Source of the DNA: Pyrodictium occultum
GTDB lineage: Archaea; Thermoproteota; Thermoprotei_A; Sulfolobales; Pyrodictiaceae
Assembly (NCBI RefSeq): GCF_001462395.1
Contig: NZ_LNTB01000001.1
Coordinates: 1,469,249-1,501,248, forward strand
DNA length: 32,000 bases
Direction of reading: 5' to 3'
The notes beneath the pieces were generated by a model that saw only the letters and a list, made by a program, of their open reading frames with translations, was not told where the DNA came from and did not search any database. Shown here piece after piece: positions 14,908 through 23,679 of this stretch (position 1 is its first letter; each line of letters starts with the position of its first letter). The position numbers and the translations under genes were made by a program.

Positions 14908-16347
14908 TCAGCCTACGGCGCCGTACTCGCTAAACTCCAGCTCTATCACCTTAGTGAGCACGCTGAGGTACTCCAGCGGCAGGCTCTTCAGTATATCCTG
15001 TATGAAGCCCAGCACTATCAACGCCTTGACCTCGCCCTCTGTGAGCCCGCGGCTGGTCATGTAGAATAGCTGGTCCTCGCCCAGCCTGCCCACGCTGGCC
15101 TCGTGGGTTACCTCGGCAGTCGGCTCCTCTATCTCGTTCCTCGGATAGGTGTAGGACTTGCTCTTCTCGTCAAGCACTAGGCTGTCACACTCCACGTGGC
15201 TCACACTGTTGTAGGCGCCGCGGTTCACGCGGACTAGGCCCCGGTAGACTGCCAGGCCGCCGTTGCTGGAAATGCTCTTCGATACTATGACGCTCCTGGT
15301 CTCGGGTGCAGCATGTATAGCCTTGCCGCCGGTGTCCTTGATGTAGGGACCGTTAGCTATAGCCACTGACACGTTTCTGGTGGAGGCGCCGCGGCCCCTG
15401 AGGATAGTGGAGGGGTAGGTGTAGGTCATCCTGCTGCCTATACTACCCTCCAGCCATTCTACGTACGCACCCTCCTCGGCTATAGCGCGCTTGTTGTTGA
15501 AGTTGATTATATTCCTGCTCCAGTTCTGCACAGTGTAGAAGTATACCCTGGAGCCGCGGTGCGCGTACAGCTCAACCATGCCGTCGTGGAAGCTGAACTT
15601 CTTCAGCACCGGGGCGGCGCAGCCCTCTATGAACTCCAGGTAGCTGTTCTCGTCGGCCACTATGAGGGAGTGCTCGAACTGGCCCTCGAGATCGCTGCCG
15701 ACGAAGAAGAACGCCTCTATCGGCTGCCTCACCTTCACCCCCGGCGGCACGTAGACGAAGGCGCCGCCGCTCCAGAGCGCGTAGTGCAGTGCAGCAAACT
15801 TGTGGTCGGCGACGGGGAAGACCCTGCCGAAGTACTGCTTCACCAGGTCGGGGTAGCGCTGCACGGCCTCCTCCAAAGGCAGTAGTATGACACCCTTCTT
15901 GCGCAGCTCCTCCTTAGCCTTGTTGAGCACGGCCTCGCTGTCGAATACAGCAGTCAACCCTGAGAGAGCCTTAGCCTCGGCCTCGGGCAGCCCCAGCTTG
16001 GCATAGTACTCCTTAATCCAGTCCGGCAGCTCATCCCAGCTCTCTACCTTCTCCGCCTTAGGCTTCACATAGGCTGCCAGCTCCTCGAGATCAATCTCCT
16101 CGATCCCCCGGACCCAGCGGGGCATTGGCAGCTTGTAGAACATCTCCAGCGCGCGGAGGCGGAGGCGACGCATCCAGTCCGGCTCCTTCTTTATCCGCGA
16201 GATCTCCTCGACAAGGCTCCTTTCAATCCTGCCGCGTATCTCGATCTCCTTCGGGTAGGGCTTCTCAATGCCCAGGAGGTCCTCGATACTACGAGCCTCG
16301 AGCACCTCCTTTATGGGCGCGGGACGCACGCTCGCCATGGGAGGCAC
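14908..16347 (-). CDS. sufB: Fe-S cluster assembly protein SufB, 479 aa
   Basis: Strongly SufB-like throughout (FYTVQNWSRNIINFNNKRA, IHAAPETRSVIVSKSIS, EASVGRLGEDQLFYMTSRGL). Confidence 0.95.
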   Translation of the reverse strand: MPPMASVRPAPIKEVLEARSIEDLLGIEKPYPKEIEIRGRIERSLVEEISRIKKEPDWMRRLRLRALEMFYKLPMPRWVRGIEEIDLEELAAYVKPKAEKVESWDELPDWIKEYYAKLGLPEAEAKALSGLTAVFDSEAVLNKAKEELRKKGVILLPLEEAVQRYPDLVKQYFGRVFPVADHKFAALHYALWSGGAFVYVPPGVKVRQPIEAFFFVGSDLEGQFEHSLIVADENSYLEFIEGCAAPVLKKFSFHDGMVELYAHRGSRVYFYTVQNWSRNIINFNNKRAIAEEGAYVEWLEGSIGSRMTYTYPSTILRGRGASTRNVSVAIANGPYIKDTGGKAIHAAPETRSVIVSKSISSNGGLAVYRGLVRVNRGAYNSVSHVECDSLVLDEKSKSYTYPRNEIEEPTAEVTHEASVGRLGEDQLFYMTSRGLTEGEVKALIVLGFIQDILKSLPLEYLSVLTKVIELEFSEYGAVG

Positions 16348-16418
16348 CCCTAACCCATGAGCTTTACCACGGAGCTGTCTTGGGGCATGTGCACGGGATG
16401 GGGAGATATAGGCAAGAG

Positions 16419-17171
16419 CTACTTCGAGCTCAGGTAGCGCGCGTAACCCTCCTTCTCGATCCTGCGGGCCAGCTCGGGCCCGCCCTCATCAACCACGCGA
16501 CCGTTCACCAGCACAACCACGTGGTTTGGCTCGACGAACTCTAGGATCCTCGCGTAGTGAGTTATGACTATTACGCCTGCGCCCTGGTCTGCCAGCTCAT
16601 TTATCGCTCCCGCTATCACACGTACACCGTCCACGTCGAGGCCGCTGTCGGGCTCGTCGAGTATGGCATAGCGTGGGCGCAGGAGGAGGAGCTGCAGCAT
16701 CTCAGCCCTCTTCTTCTCGCCGCCGCTGAAGCCGACGTTAACCTCCCTCTGCAACATGTCCGGGCGCAGCCCGAGCTTCACGGCCAGCTCGCTGGCCTGC
16801 TTCAGCAGCTCGGGCCTGGGAGCGCCTATCAGCCTCTCCTCCAGCCCAAACCGCCTATTGTAGGCGGCGGCTATGAAGTTTAGGAAGCGTACCCCCGGCA
16901 CCTCCACCGGGTTCTGGAAGGCCAGCATCACGCCCTTACGGGCCCTCTCGTAGGTGGGCAGCTTGGTTATCGGTTCACCGTCGAGCAGTACGTCGCCCTC
17001 CCTCACCCTGTAACGCGGGTGCCCCATGATGACGCTGGCCAGCGTTGTTTTACCACTGCCGTTGGGCCCCATTAGAGCTACAATCTCCCCGGGAGAAACC
17101 TTAATGTTAACGCCGTGAAGTACTACCTTATCCCCGGGGCCTGCTGTTAGATTTCTCGTCTCCAGAGCCAT
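16419..17171 (-). CDS. sufC: Fe-S cluster assembly ATPase SufC, 250 aa
   Basis: Walker A GPNGSGKTT, ABC signature FSGGEKKR, Walker B ILDEPDSGLD and H-loop ITHY are present. It is the first gene of sufCBD. Confidence 0.95.
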   Translation of the reverse strand: MALETRNLTAGPGDKVVLHGVNIKVSPGEIVALMGPNGSGKTTLASVIMGHPRYRVREGDVLLDGEPITKLPTYERARKGVMLAFQNPVEVPGVRFLNFIAAAYNRRFGLEERLIGAPRPELLKQASELAVKLGLRPDMLQREVNVGFSGGEKKRAEMLQLLLLRPRYAILDEPDSGLDVDGVRVIAGAINELADQGAGVIVITHYARILEFVEPNHVVVLVNGRVVDEGGPELARRIEKEGYARYLSSK

Positions 17172-17346
17172 CTCCGACGCACCCCACCTTTATCAGGTGT
17201 TAAAGTCGCTATTAAGCATAGCGTTGCCCAGCCCCCGCAGCGATAGAGACAAAGCGTAATCGTAGACGCGGACCGGCACGAGGGCGCTCGGGCAGCTAAG
17301 ACGGGCCAGGGGCGGAGGCAGCAACACCGCGATGGGGCCCAGAGCG

Positions 17347-17434
17347 TGGTGCGGGGGGTGGGATTTGAACCCACGCCGGCCTACGCCAGCGGGTCTTGAG
17401 CCCGCCCCCTTCGACCTGGCTCGGGCACCCCCGC
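17347..17434 (-). tRNA. tRNA-Leu (anticodon CAA), class II with long variable arm, CCA encoded
   Basis: The reverse complement reads GCGGGGG-TG-CCCGAGCCAGGTCGAAGGGG-GCGGG-CTCAAGA-CCCGC-TGGCGTAGGCCGGC-GTGGG-TTCAAAT-CCCAC-CCCCCGC-A-CCA. The acceptor, anticodon and T stems pair perfectly. Confidence 0.9.
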
Positions 17435-17620
17435 CTCCAGGATAGGCGGCCTAAGGGGGCCGGAGCCGGAAGATCCCCGCAGCGGCCGGCGCCGGGGCCC
17501 ACAGCCCATGGGGAGCGTAGCGGCGTCCACCCGGCTATAAGGATTCATAGTTGCACTCCTGGGGTCTCCGGCATCCCCCGGGGGGTGCCAGGGCTGCCGA
17601 GGCCAGAGGACCTGCTCCGC

Positions 17621-18232
17621 ATGGCCGGTGTGGGCCGGTTCCAGGTGATGGCGCTGCTGCAGGCCGCCCGCCATTATAGGCTCCGGGGCGATCTGGAGAA
17701 GGCGAAGAGCTGGGGACTAAATCGCGCCATATTCTACGCGTGGGCCAAGCACTACGGGCCCCGGGGCTGGAGGAGGGCCGCTAGGCTGGAGGAACTCCTC
17801 CGCCGCCCCAGCGGCGCGGAGGAGGGGAGAGCAGGCCGCTGCCCGGAAGGCATGGTGGAGGAGCTGGGAGAGTGCGTCGCCATCGGACCCAGGGGATGGT
17901 ACTCCATCGGGGGCGAGGAACAGACACCAAGGGACTTCGACCGCGAGGTCGCCTCCAGGGCCTCCAGGGTCGTCCCCTGGGATAAGGCGTGGCAGGCCGC
18001 GCTGGAGTACGTCTCCCTTTTCCCCGAGTGGGTGCTCCGCGACCCCCAGAGGTTCTACAAACTCGTCTACGAGCCTGTGCGCGACACCTTCTTCCTCCAG
18101 CTCCTGCGCGGCGAGAAACCCCGCCCCCCTAGAAGCATTATGGAGAGGCTGGAGAGCCTCAGCAAGATGGAGGAGAAGGGGAGGCAGATGGGCCTAGACG
18201 CCTTCCTCAAGAAGCAGAAGGAGCGCCAATAG
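17621..18232 (+). CDS. Hypothetical protein, about 203 aa
   Basis: The ORF in the track starts at 17396 but would overlap tRNA-Leu and is Pro/Gly/Arg-rich there. From the ATG at 17621 (MAGVGRFQVMALLQAARHYRL...) the composition becomes protein-like. I recognise no family. Confidence 0.5.
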   Translation: MAGVGRFQVMALLQAARHYRLRGDLEKAKSWGLNRAIFYAWAKHYGPRGWRRAARLEELLRRPSGAEEGRAGRCPEGMVEELGECVAIGPRGWYSIGGEEQTPRDFDREVASRASRVVPWDKAWQAALEYVSLFPEWVLRDPQRFYKLVYEPVRDTFFLQLLRGEKPRPPRSIMERLESLSKMEEKGRQMGLDAFLKKQKERQ

Positions 18233-18346
18233 CCCCTCGGGTGTTAGCAGGCCGGACGCCTCCTAGCCTCTAGCCGTAGCCAACCACACCCCTGGGGCTC
18301 GGGCAATCCCCGCCCACCCACTGTAGCCAGAGAAGAGGGGAGGGAG

Positions 18347-18802
18347 GTGACAAGCGCATTGGCGGCCGAGCTGCTAGCCGTTGAGAGGAACGGGCACCGC
18401 CACGCACTCATAGAGCCGGAGCCCGGCGCCGCGGAGAGGCCCTGGAGGGAGGTCGAGGAGCTCCGGGAGAGGCTGCAGCGGCTCGAGGAGGGCTTGGCCG
18501 AGGCCGGCGTCTCGCTGAAGAGCCTGCAGAGCCAGGTTGAGGGCTACGCGGCCTCCCTAAGCCTCTACGAGCAGCGTATAGCCGACCTCGAGGCCTTCAA
18601 GCAGACCGCCTCAATGATCGGGGGCTGGAAGTCCCAGACATGCATCTATAACAGCGGCGGCGTCTGCAGGCTGTGGAGGCTCAGCCGCGAGGCCGCGGAG
18701 AGGCTCAAGACGGCGGTGGCGGAGGACAACGGCGTCTACCGGGTGAAGGTGGCGGAGGCGCCCTGGTTCTGCGGCCTCTGCCCGCTCTACCAGCGGGCCT
18801 AG
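18347..18802 (+). CDS. Hypothetical protein, 151 aa, with a central coiled-coil-like segment and a C-terminal four-Cys cluster
   Basis: GTG start preceded by GGGAGGGAGG. There is a heptad-like stretch (EELRERLQRLEEGLAEAGVSLKSLQSQVEGY...RIADLEAFKQ), followed by C-x8-C and, 36 residues after that second Cys, C-x2-C (CIYNSGGVC ... CGLC). The stop overlaps the carbamate kinase stop. Confidence 0.55.
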   Translation: MTSALAAELLAVERNGHRHALIEPEPGAAERPWREVEELRERLQRLEEGLAEAGVSLKSLQSQVEGYAASLSLYEQRIADLEAFKQTASMIGGWKSQTCIYNSGGVCRLWRLSREAAERLKTAVAEDNGVYRVKVAEAPWFCGLCPLYQRA

Positions 18803-19800
18803 CCCAGTACCACCCTCGTCCCTTTCTTCCCCTCAACCACCTGCTCCGCGTCCTCAAGCCTCCCTATCGCGGCGTAGCACTCTACGCAGCCGCTCCTAGC
18901 CCTCTCCTCAACGTACTCCACGGCCGCCTCCACCTTCGGGCCCATGCTGCCTGGAGGGAGCTTGCCCTCCTCCAGCAGCCTCCGGGCCTCGCTGACTGTG
19001 AGCCTCTCCAGCGGCCTCTGCCCGGGCCTCCCATAGTCCAGGTAGACGTAGGGGACATCGGTGAGTATGATGAGGGCCTCCGCCCCGAGCAGCCGGGCGA
19101 TCAGGCTGGAGGTGTAGTCCTTATCCACCACCGCCTCCACGCCGTGGAGCCACCTCTCGCCCCGCACCACGGGGACTCCCCCACCCCCGCCGGCCACGAC
19201 GACGTAGCCGGCTCGGAGCAGCGCCTCTATGGCGCCCATCTCCACCACCCCACGCGGCCGCGGGCTCGGCACAACGCGACGATACCCGCCACGGGGGTCC
19301 TTTGCGAATGCCCAGCCGGTCTCCCTAGCAGCCCTCTCCGCCTCCTCGCGGGTATAGAAGGGCCCCACCGGCTTACTCGGCCTCCTGAATGCGGGGTCGT
19401 CCCTGCCCACAAGCACCTGCGTGACCACCGTGGCCACCCTCCTCTCAAGCCCCTTCTCCTCCAGCGCGTCGCCTATAGCCTGCTGGAGCATGTAGCCCAG
19501 CCAGCCCTGGGTCATAGCCACGGCCACGTCCATGGTGATAGCCCTCCCGGCTCCCCGGGGGCCAGGGCAGCTATGGGCGCACTCCAGGACCGCGCCAACC
19601 TGCGGCCCGTTGCCATGGGTCACCACGAGCCGGTAGCCCCTCTCCACAAGCCTTGCCACAGCCTCCGCCGCAGCCCTTACGTTGCGCCATTGGCTATCGA
19701 GCCCCTCCCCCTTCCTCACGAACGCGTTGCCGCCGAGAGCAACGACGAGGAGTCCCCGCACAGCCCGGCTACACCCTCCCCAGGGGTCCACAAGGAGCAT
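18799..19800 (-). CDS. arcC: Carbamate kinase, about 333 aa
   Basis: LVVALGGNAF, the VVTHGNGPQVG signature and VVVAGGGGGVPVV are present. I place the start at ATG 19800. A GTG at 19761 is also possible. The track start at 19881 adds a Gly/Arg/Pro-rich extension. Confidence 0.9.
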   Translation of the reverse strand: MLLVDPWGGCSRAVRGLLVVALGGNAFVRKGEGLDSQWRNVRAAAEAVARLVERGYRLVVTHGNGPQVGAVLECAHSCPGPRGAGRAITMDVAVAMTQGWLGYMLQQAIGDALEEKGLERRVATVVTQVLVGRDDPAFRRPSKPVGPFYTREEAERAARETGWAFAKDPRGGYRRVVPSPRPRGVVEMGAIEALLRAGYVVVAGGGGGVPVVRGERWLHGVEAVVDKDYTSSLIARLLGAEALIILTDVPYVYLDYGRPGQRPLERLTVSEARRLLEEGKLPPGSMGPKVEAAVEYVEERARSGCVECYAAIGRLEDAEQVVEGKKGTRVVLG

Positions 19801-19877
19801 GGAGGCGGGGATGGGCCCAGGGCGTGGCGCCCCGCGGCCTCCTCCATTCCCTAGGCGAGACCACCCAGTTACCTGGT

Positions 19878-20408
19878 TCACCTAGAATAGGTCCCGGTTA
19901 GCACAGCATAGCCCACTACGTGGCCCTTGATCCTCTCCAGCACCTCGCCGGCCCTGGCCCCAGGGCCCAGGCCAAGGCTCTCCAGATCCAGCGCGTGGAG
20001 GGCGAAAACGTAGCGGTGCGGCCGGTTGCCCCGCGGAGGACAGGGGCCGCCGTACCCGATCTCGCCGAAGTCGCTCACGCCCTGGATGCCCAGGCCCTCC
20101 ACAACCGGGTCCCGGGGCACCCCCTCCGGGAGCCCGTTAAGCCCCCGGGGTATATCGTAGATCACCCAGTGGATGAACGTACCCCTGGGGGCGTCGGGGT
20201 CGTAGACTATGAGGGCGTAGCTAGCCGTTGTGGAGGGGGCCCCGCTCCACTCGAGGGCGGGGGACACGTTCTCGCCGTCGCAGGTGTAGCGGCTAGGGAT
20301 CCTCTCCCCGTCGCTGAAGGCGGGGGAGGAGAGGGTGAACTGAATCCCGCTGCGTACCAGGTACTCCCGGTGACGGCGGAACAGAACCATAGCCCGGGCC
20401 TCCTCCAC
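19878..20408 (-). CDS. YbhB/YbcL (PEBP / Raf-kinase-inhibitor-like) family protein, 176 aa
   Basis: LSSPAFSDGERIPSRYTCDGENVSP, YDPDAP....FIHW and GYGGPCPPRGNRPHRYVFALHAL are classic PEBP motifs. Confidence 0.85.
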   Translation of the reverse strand: MEEARAMVLFRRHREYLVRSGIQFTLSSPAFSDGERIPSRYTCDGENVSPALEWSGAPSTTASYALIVYDPDAPRGTFIHWVIYDIPRGLNGLPEGVPRDPVVEGLGIQGVSDFGEIGYGGPCPPRGNRPHRYVFALHALDLESLGLGPGARAGEVLERIKGHVVGYAVLTGTYSR

Positions 20409-20475
20409 CCTACACCCCCGGGGGCGCTGGATAAAGCTCTACTGCAGAATGGCGGTCCGCCGGCCGCGGAAGCCG

Positions 20476-20940
20476 CTAGATTATGTAGGTGGTCTTCGCT
20501 AGCTCCTCCTCCTTGCCGGCCTCTATAACGAAGGCCGCCTGCCCGCCGATGTAGAACCGCGCATAGACGTGGGGTGGCTCTCCCCCGGTCAGCTCCCGGA
20601 GCACCCCGCAGCGGTTGAGCCCCTGGAGGCCTAGCTCCACTACGAAGCCGTCGCCCCGGTACCAGCCGAGGACCAGGTCGCGCCTCTCCCTGGCGGCGGG
20701 GGATGGAAGCTTCTCGAACCCCCTGGAGGCCATCTCCCTGTCCGCCTCCCTCTCCAGGGCATCCACGAACCCGAGGAACTCGTGCCCGCACGTGCCGGCG
20801 TCAGCCAGCCTCGGGTACTCCTGGTTCACCAGCCTCTGCAGCCTCCGGACCACGTGCCTCACGGCAGCCACGGGCCCCTGAAGCTGGCCCCTGGCGTCCG
20901 CAGCCCCGCCCTGCGCTCTCTGGGGTACTAGCGGAGGCAT
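20476..20940 (-). CDS. Hypothetical protein, 154 aa
   Basis: ORF with a plausible composition in its C-terminal two-thirds. Minus-strand TATA-like GTTTATTTGG lies about 45 nt upstream. I recognise no family. Confidence 0.45.
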   Translation of the reverse strand: MPPLVPQRAQGGAADARGQLQGPVAAVRHVVRRLQRLVNQEYPRLADAGTCGHEFLGFVDALEREADREMASRGFEKLPSPAARERRDLVLGWYRGDGFVVELGLQGLNRCGVLRELTGGEPPHVYARFYIGGQAAFVIEAGKEEELAKTTYII

Positions 20941-21024
20941 AGGTTACCAGCCCCGGGTGTCTCAGCTATAGAGTGGGGCTGGAATCCAAATAAACGGTTC
21001 CTCAGAGCCCGGGGGCAGGGCTCC

Positions 21025-21510
21025 TCAGCGCTCGCCGTGGCGGTGGCCCCGGAGCTGGTGGAGCGCGTGGTCCACCACACCCAGCAGGAGCTCCGCCATG
21101 AGCTTCGCGGCGTCGGGGTTGCCGGGGCTAACCACTATGAGGCGGTCGCGGAAGCTGCACGCCATGGCCCTGCTCAGCACCGCGTTGGCCACGCCCTGCT
21201 CCAGGCTGCGGCGCCGGAACTCCTCCCCCACGCCGGGGAGGACACGGTCGCAGAGCCTGGCCGCTAGGTCCGCGGAGACGTCGCGGGGGCTGGGCCCGGT
21301 GCCCCCCGTCACTAGGACCACCTCGGCCCCCTTGTAGAGGGCCTCGGCCAGCCGGTAGAGTATCTCCACTGGGTCGTTCCCGGCCACCGCGGCGTAGGCC
21401 AGCTCGTGCCCGTTCTCCGCGAGCATCCTGCGCAGCGCCGGGGTTATCCTGTCGAGCGAGGGGTCAGCCTTCACGCGGTCGCTTGTAACTACGAGGCCCC
21501 AGCGGGCCAC
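21025..21510 (-). CDS. moaB: Molybdenum cofactor biosynthesis protein MoaB/MogA family, 161 aa
   Basis: WGLVVTSDRV ... VVLVTGGTGPSPRDV ... VVSPGNPDAA match the MoCF-biosynthesis (MogA/MoaB) fold motifs. I use the GTG start at 21510. The 334-aa ORF in the track is an upstream extension antisense to the neighbouring gene. Confidence 0.8.
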   Translation of the reverse strand: MARWGLVVTSDRVKADPSLDRITPALRRMLAENGHELAYAAVAGNDPVEILYRLAEALYKGAEVVLVTGGTGPSPRDVSADLAARLCDRVLPGVGEEFRRRSLEQGVANAVLSRAMACSFRDRLIVVSPGNPDAAKLMAELLLGVVDHALHQLRGHRHGER

Positions 21511-21639
21511 GGCGGCCTCTCCTCCCCTGCATCCCCGAGGAGGCTCCCGGGGAGAGAAGCATTGCGGAGCGCCGGGGCCCGGCGCCTTACGCTGATAAGC
21601 CCCGGGGCGCGGGTGCCTGGTGGACACAAGTGCGGAGCC

Positions 21640-22983
21640 TTGCGGGGAGAGCCGCTGCTGCTCCGCTGCCGGCTCCTGCTCCCATGCGCCTCCTGCAGCC
21701 CCCTCACCGGCGTGGCTGTGTACGTGGAGGACGGGAGGATAGGCTACATCGGCGACGGGCCCCCGGCGGGCGCCAAGAGGGGCGCCGTGGTGGACTGCCC
21801 CCGCTACGCCGTGGCCATGCCATGCCTCTACAACGCCCACACCCACGCCGCCATGACCCTGCTCCGCGGCTTCCACGACGACAGCGAGCTGCACGAGTGG
21901 CTGGAGAGGATGTGGCATGTGGAGAAGCGTGTCACCCCGGACGTGGCCTACCACGCCTCCCTCCTGGCAGTGGTGGAGATGGCCTCCACGGGCACCTGCG
22001 GCTTCATGGACATGTACTTCTGGCCCCATGAGACCCTTAGGGCGGCCCGGGAGCTGGGGCTGCGCGCCCGGCTAGGCCCGGTCATAATGGGCGACGTCGA
22101 CCCCTACAAGGCGGTTGAAGAGGCAGTCAGGTTCGCCCGGAGCCTGCAGGGCGACCCCCTGGCGGGTGGGGTGGTGAATGTGCACAGCATCTACGCCGCC
22201 CCGCTGGAGGCGGTGCGGGAGGGCTACAGGGCGGCTGAGGAGCTCGGCGTGCCCTTCCACATCCACGTCTCGGAGACCAGGAGGGAGGTCTACGAGGCCA
22301 AGAAAAGGTTTGGGAAGTTCCCCGTGGAGCTGCTCGAGAGCCTCGGCGCCCTGGGCCCGAGGGCTGTGCTGGTGCACGCCGGCTGGATAGCCAGCTGGGA
22401 GCTGGAGGCGGTGCGCCGCGCCGGGGCTAGCCTAGTCCACTGCCCCACGAGCAACATGAAGCTGGCCACCGCGGGCAGCTTCCCCCTCTACGAGGCCATG
22501 GAGTCCGGGGTGAACGTGGCGCTCGGCACTAACGGCCCAGCCTCCAACAACAGCCTCGACATGATAAGGGAGGCGAAGACGGGGCTCCTCCTCCAGCGCC
22601 ACAGCTACTGGGACACCCGCGTGAAGGCCCGCCACCTCCTGGAGGCAGCCACCCGGGGAGGAGCCCGGGCCATGGGGGTGAGGGGCGCCGGCGCCATAGA
22701 GCCCGGGGCGCCGGCGGACATACTCGTGCTCGACCTATCCAGGCCCTGGAGCCTCCCCCTGCGCGCCGACAACCTGGCCTCGGCACTGCTCTACTCCGCG
22801 GCCGGCGGCGACACCCTCTACACCATCGTAGACGGCCGGCCCGTCTACACGCCCGAGAACCGGGAGAGGCTGTGGAGCCTGGCGGAGAGGAGCGCAGAGC
22901 AGCTGAACCGGTTCCTGGAGAGGATAGGGGAGGGCCGGGACCCCGAGCCGCCCTGCAGCCCGCCCCAGGCCTGCAGCCGGTGA
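21640..22983 (+). CDS. mtaD: Amidohydrolase, 5'-methylthioadenosine/S-adenosylhomocysteine deaminase-like (MtaD family), about 447 aa
   Basis: PCLYNAHTHAAMTLLRGFHDDSELHEWL, HIHVSET, LVHC and GTNGPASNNSLDM are typical of the ATZ/TRZ-MtaD subgroup. The start is uncertain. I prefer TTG 21640, which sits about 40-50 nt downstream of TATA-like CTGATAAGC; GTG 21613 is the alternative. The track start at 21406 overlaps moaB. Confidence 0.8.
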   Translation: MRGEPLLLRCRLLLPCASCSPLTGVAVYVEDGRIGYIGDGPPAGAKRGAVVDCPRYAVAMPCLYNAHTHAAMTLLRGFHDDSELHEWLERMWHVEKRVTPDVAYHASLLAVVEMASTGTCGFMDMYFWPHETLRAARELGLRARLGPVIMGDVDPYKAVEEAVRFARSLQGDPLAGGVVNVHSIYAAPLEAVREGYRAAEELGVPFHIHVSETRREVYEAKKRFGKFPVELLESLGALGPRAVLVHAGWIASWELEAVRRAGASLVHCPTSNMKLATAGSFPLYEAMESGVNVALGTNGPASNNSLDMIREAKTGLLLQRHSYWDTRVKARHLLEAATRGGARAMGVRGAGAIEPGAPADILVLDLSRPWSLPLRADNLASALLYSAAGGDTLYTIVDGRPVYTPENRERLWSLAERSAEQLNRFLERIGEGRDPEPPCSPPQACSR

Positions 22984-22989
22984 GAGGGG

Positions 22990-23652
22990 CTAGGCGCCCC
23001 GCCGCCCCGCCTGCCCGGCCCGGTAGAGGAGCCTGAGGAGATGATAGGAGGCCTCGGCCGCGGCAACAGCTTTCAGCACGTCCCAGGGCAGGAAGACGAG
23101 CACCCCGGCCCAGAGAGCCTCCGCCACAGCCCCCCGCCAGGCCATGCCACCCGCTGCCGCCAGCCAGCCGGATAGCCAGAGGGCCCCGGGGAGGTAGACT
23201 AGGGGCAGCACCAGGAGCGCACCCCGGAGGAGGGCCCGGCGGCTGTAGGGCCGGGAGAGCCTGCCCGCCACCAGGGCGGCCAGCAGGAAGCCGAGAAGGT
23301 AGCCGAAGCTCGGCGAAGCCAGGTAGCCGGGGCCCCCGCCCAGCGCGAAGACAGGTGCCCCGGCAAGCCCGGCGGCCAGGTAGGCTGCCACAGCCCTCCA
23401 AGCCCTCGGACCCAGAAGCACTACGAGCAGCGTGAGCGCGAACGTCTGGAGCGTGAACGGCACCGGGAGGCCCAGGAGCCGGAGGGAGGCGCGGGCCGAG
23501 ACGGCGAGAAGACCTACCCCCACGGCGGCCTCGGCGAGGGAGACCAGAGCCGCCCTCCCCGGGCTCAGGAGGAGCCCCTCAAGCCTCACCATGCCCTGCT
23601 CAACGCTGCCCCCCGCCAGGAGCGCGGCTATACGGCTAGCCCTCTCCCCCAC
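22990..23652 (-). CDS. bioY: BioY-family biotin transporter S-component, about 200-220 aa
   Basis: VPFTLQTFALTLLVVLLGPR, GYLLGFLLAA and FLPWDVLKAVAA match the BioY family pattern. GTG start at 23652, or ATG at 23592. Confidence 0.8.
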   Translation of the reverse strand: MGERASRIAALLAGGSVEQGMVRLEGLLLSPGRAALVSLAEAAVGVGLLAVSARASLRLLGLPVPFTLQTFALTLLVVLLGPRAWRAVAAYLAAGLAGAPVFALGGGPGYLASPSFGYLLGFLLAALVAGRLSRPYSRRALLRGALLVLPLVYLPGALWLSGWLAAAGGMAWRGAVAEALWAGVLVFLPWDVLKAVAAAEASYHLLRLLYRAGQAGRRGA

Positions 23653-23679
23653 CGTCCAGCCCCCGGCGCCGCCCCCCAG

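Noticed and set aside
17396-17620. Upstream part of track ORF 17396..18232
   Set aside because: It overlaps tRNA-Leu (17347-17434) and is Pro/Gly/Arg-rich. Protein-like composition starts at the ATG at 17621.
19801-19881. 27-aa N-terminal extension of carbamate kinase that would overlap the PEBP gene stop
   Set aside because: The extension (MNQVTGWSRLGNGGGRGAPRPGPIPAS) is low complexity and is absent from the carbamate kinase fold. The internal starts at 19800 or 19761 fit the family N-terminus better.
21406-21639. Upstream extension of the amidohydrolase ORF
   Set aside because: It overlaps the moaB coding region on the opposite strand and is Arg/Pro/Gly-rich. The MtaD-like alignment starts near LLLRCRLLLP...VAVYVEDGRI.
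21511-22029. N-terminal 173-aa extension of the moaB ORF (track ORF 21025..22029)
   Set aside because: The MoaB-like similarity begins only at VARWGLVVTSDRV (GTG at 21510). The extension is His/Gly/Ala/Val-rich junk, and it is antisense to the well-supported N-terminus of the MtaD-like amidohydrolase.
22529-23401. 290-aa minus-strand ORF rich in Pro/Arg/Gly/Cys
   Set aside because: It overlaps the amidohydrolase in antisense and bioY in another frame. It shows extreme low complexity and no motifs.
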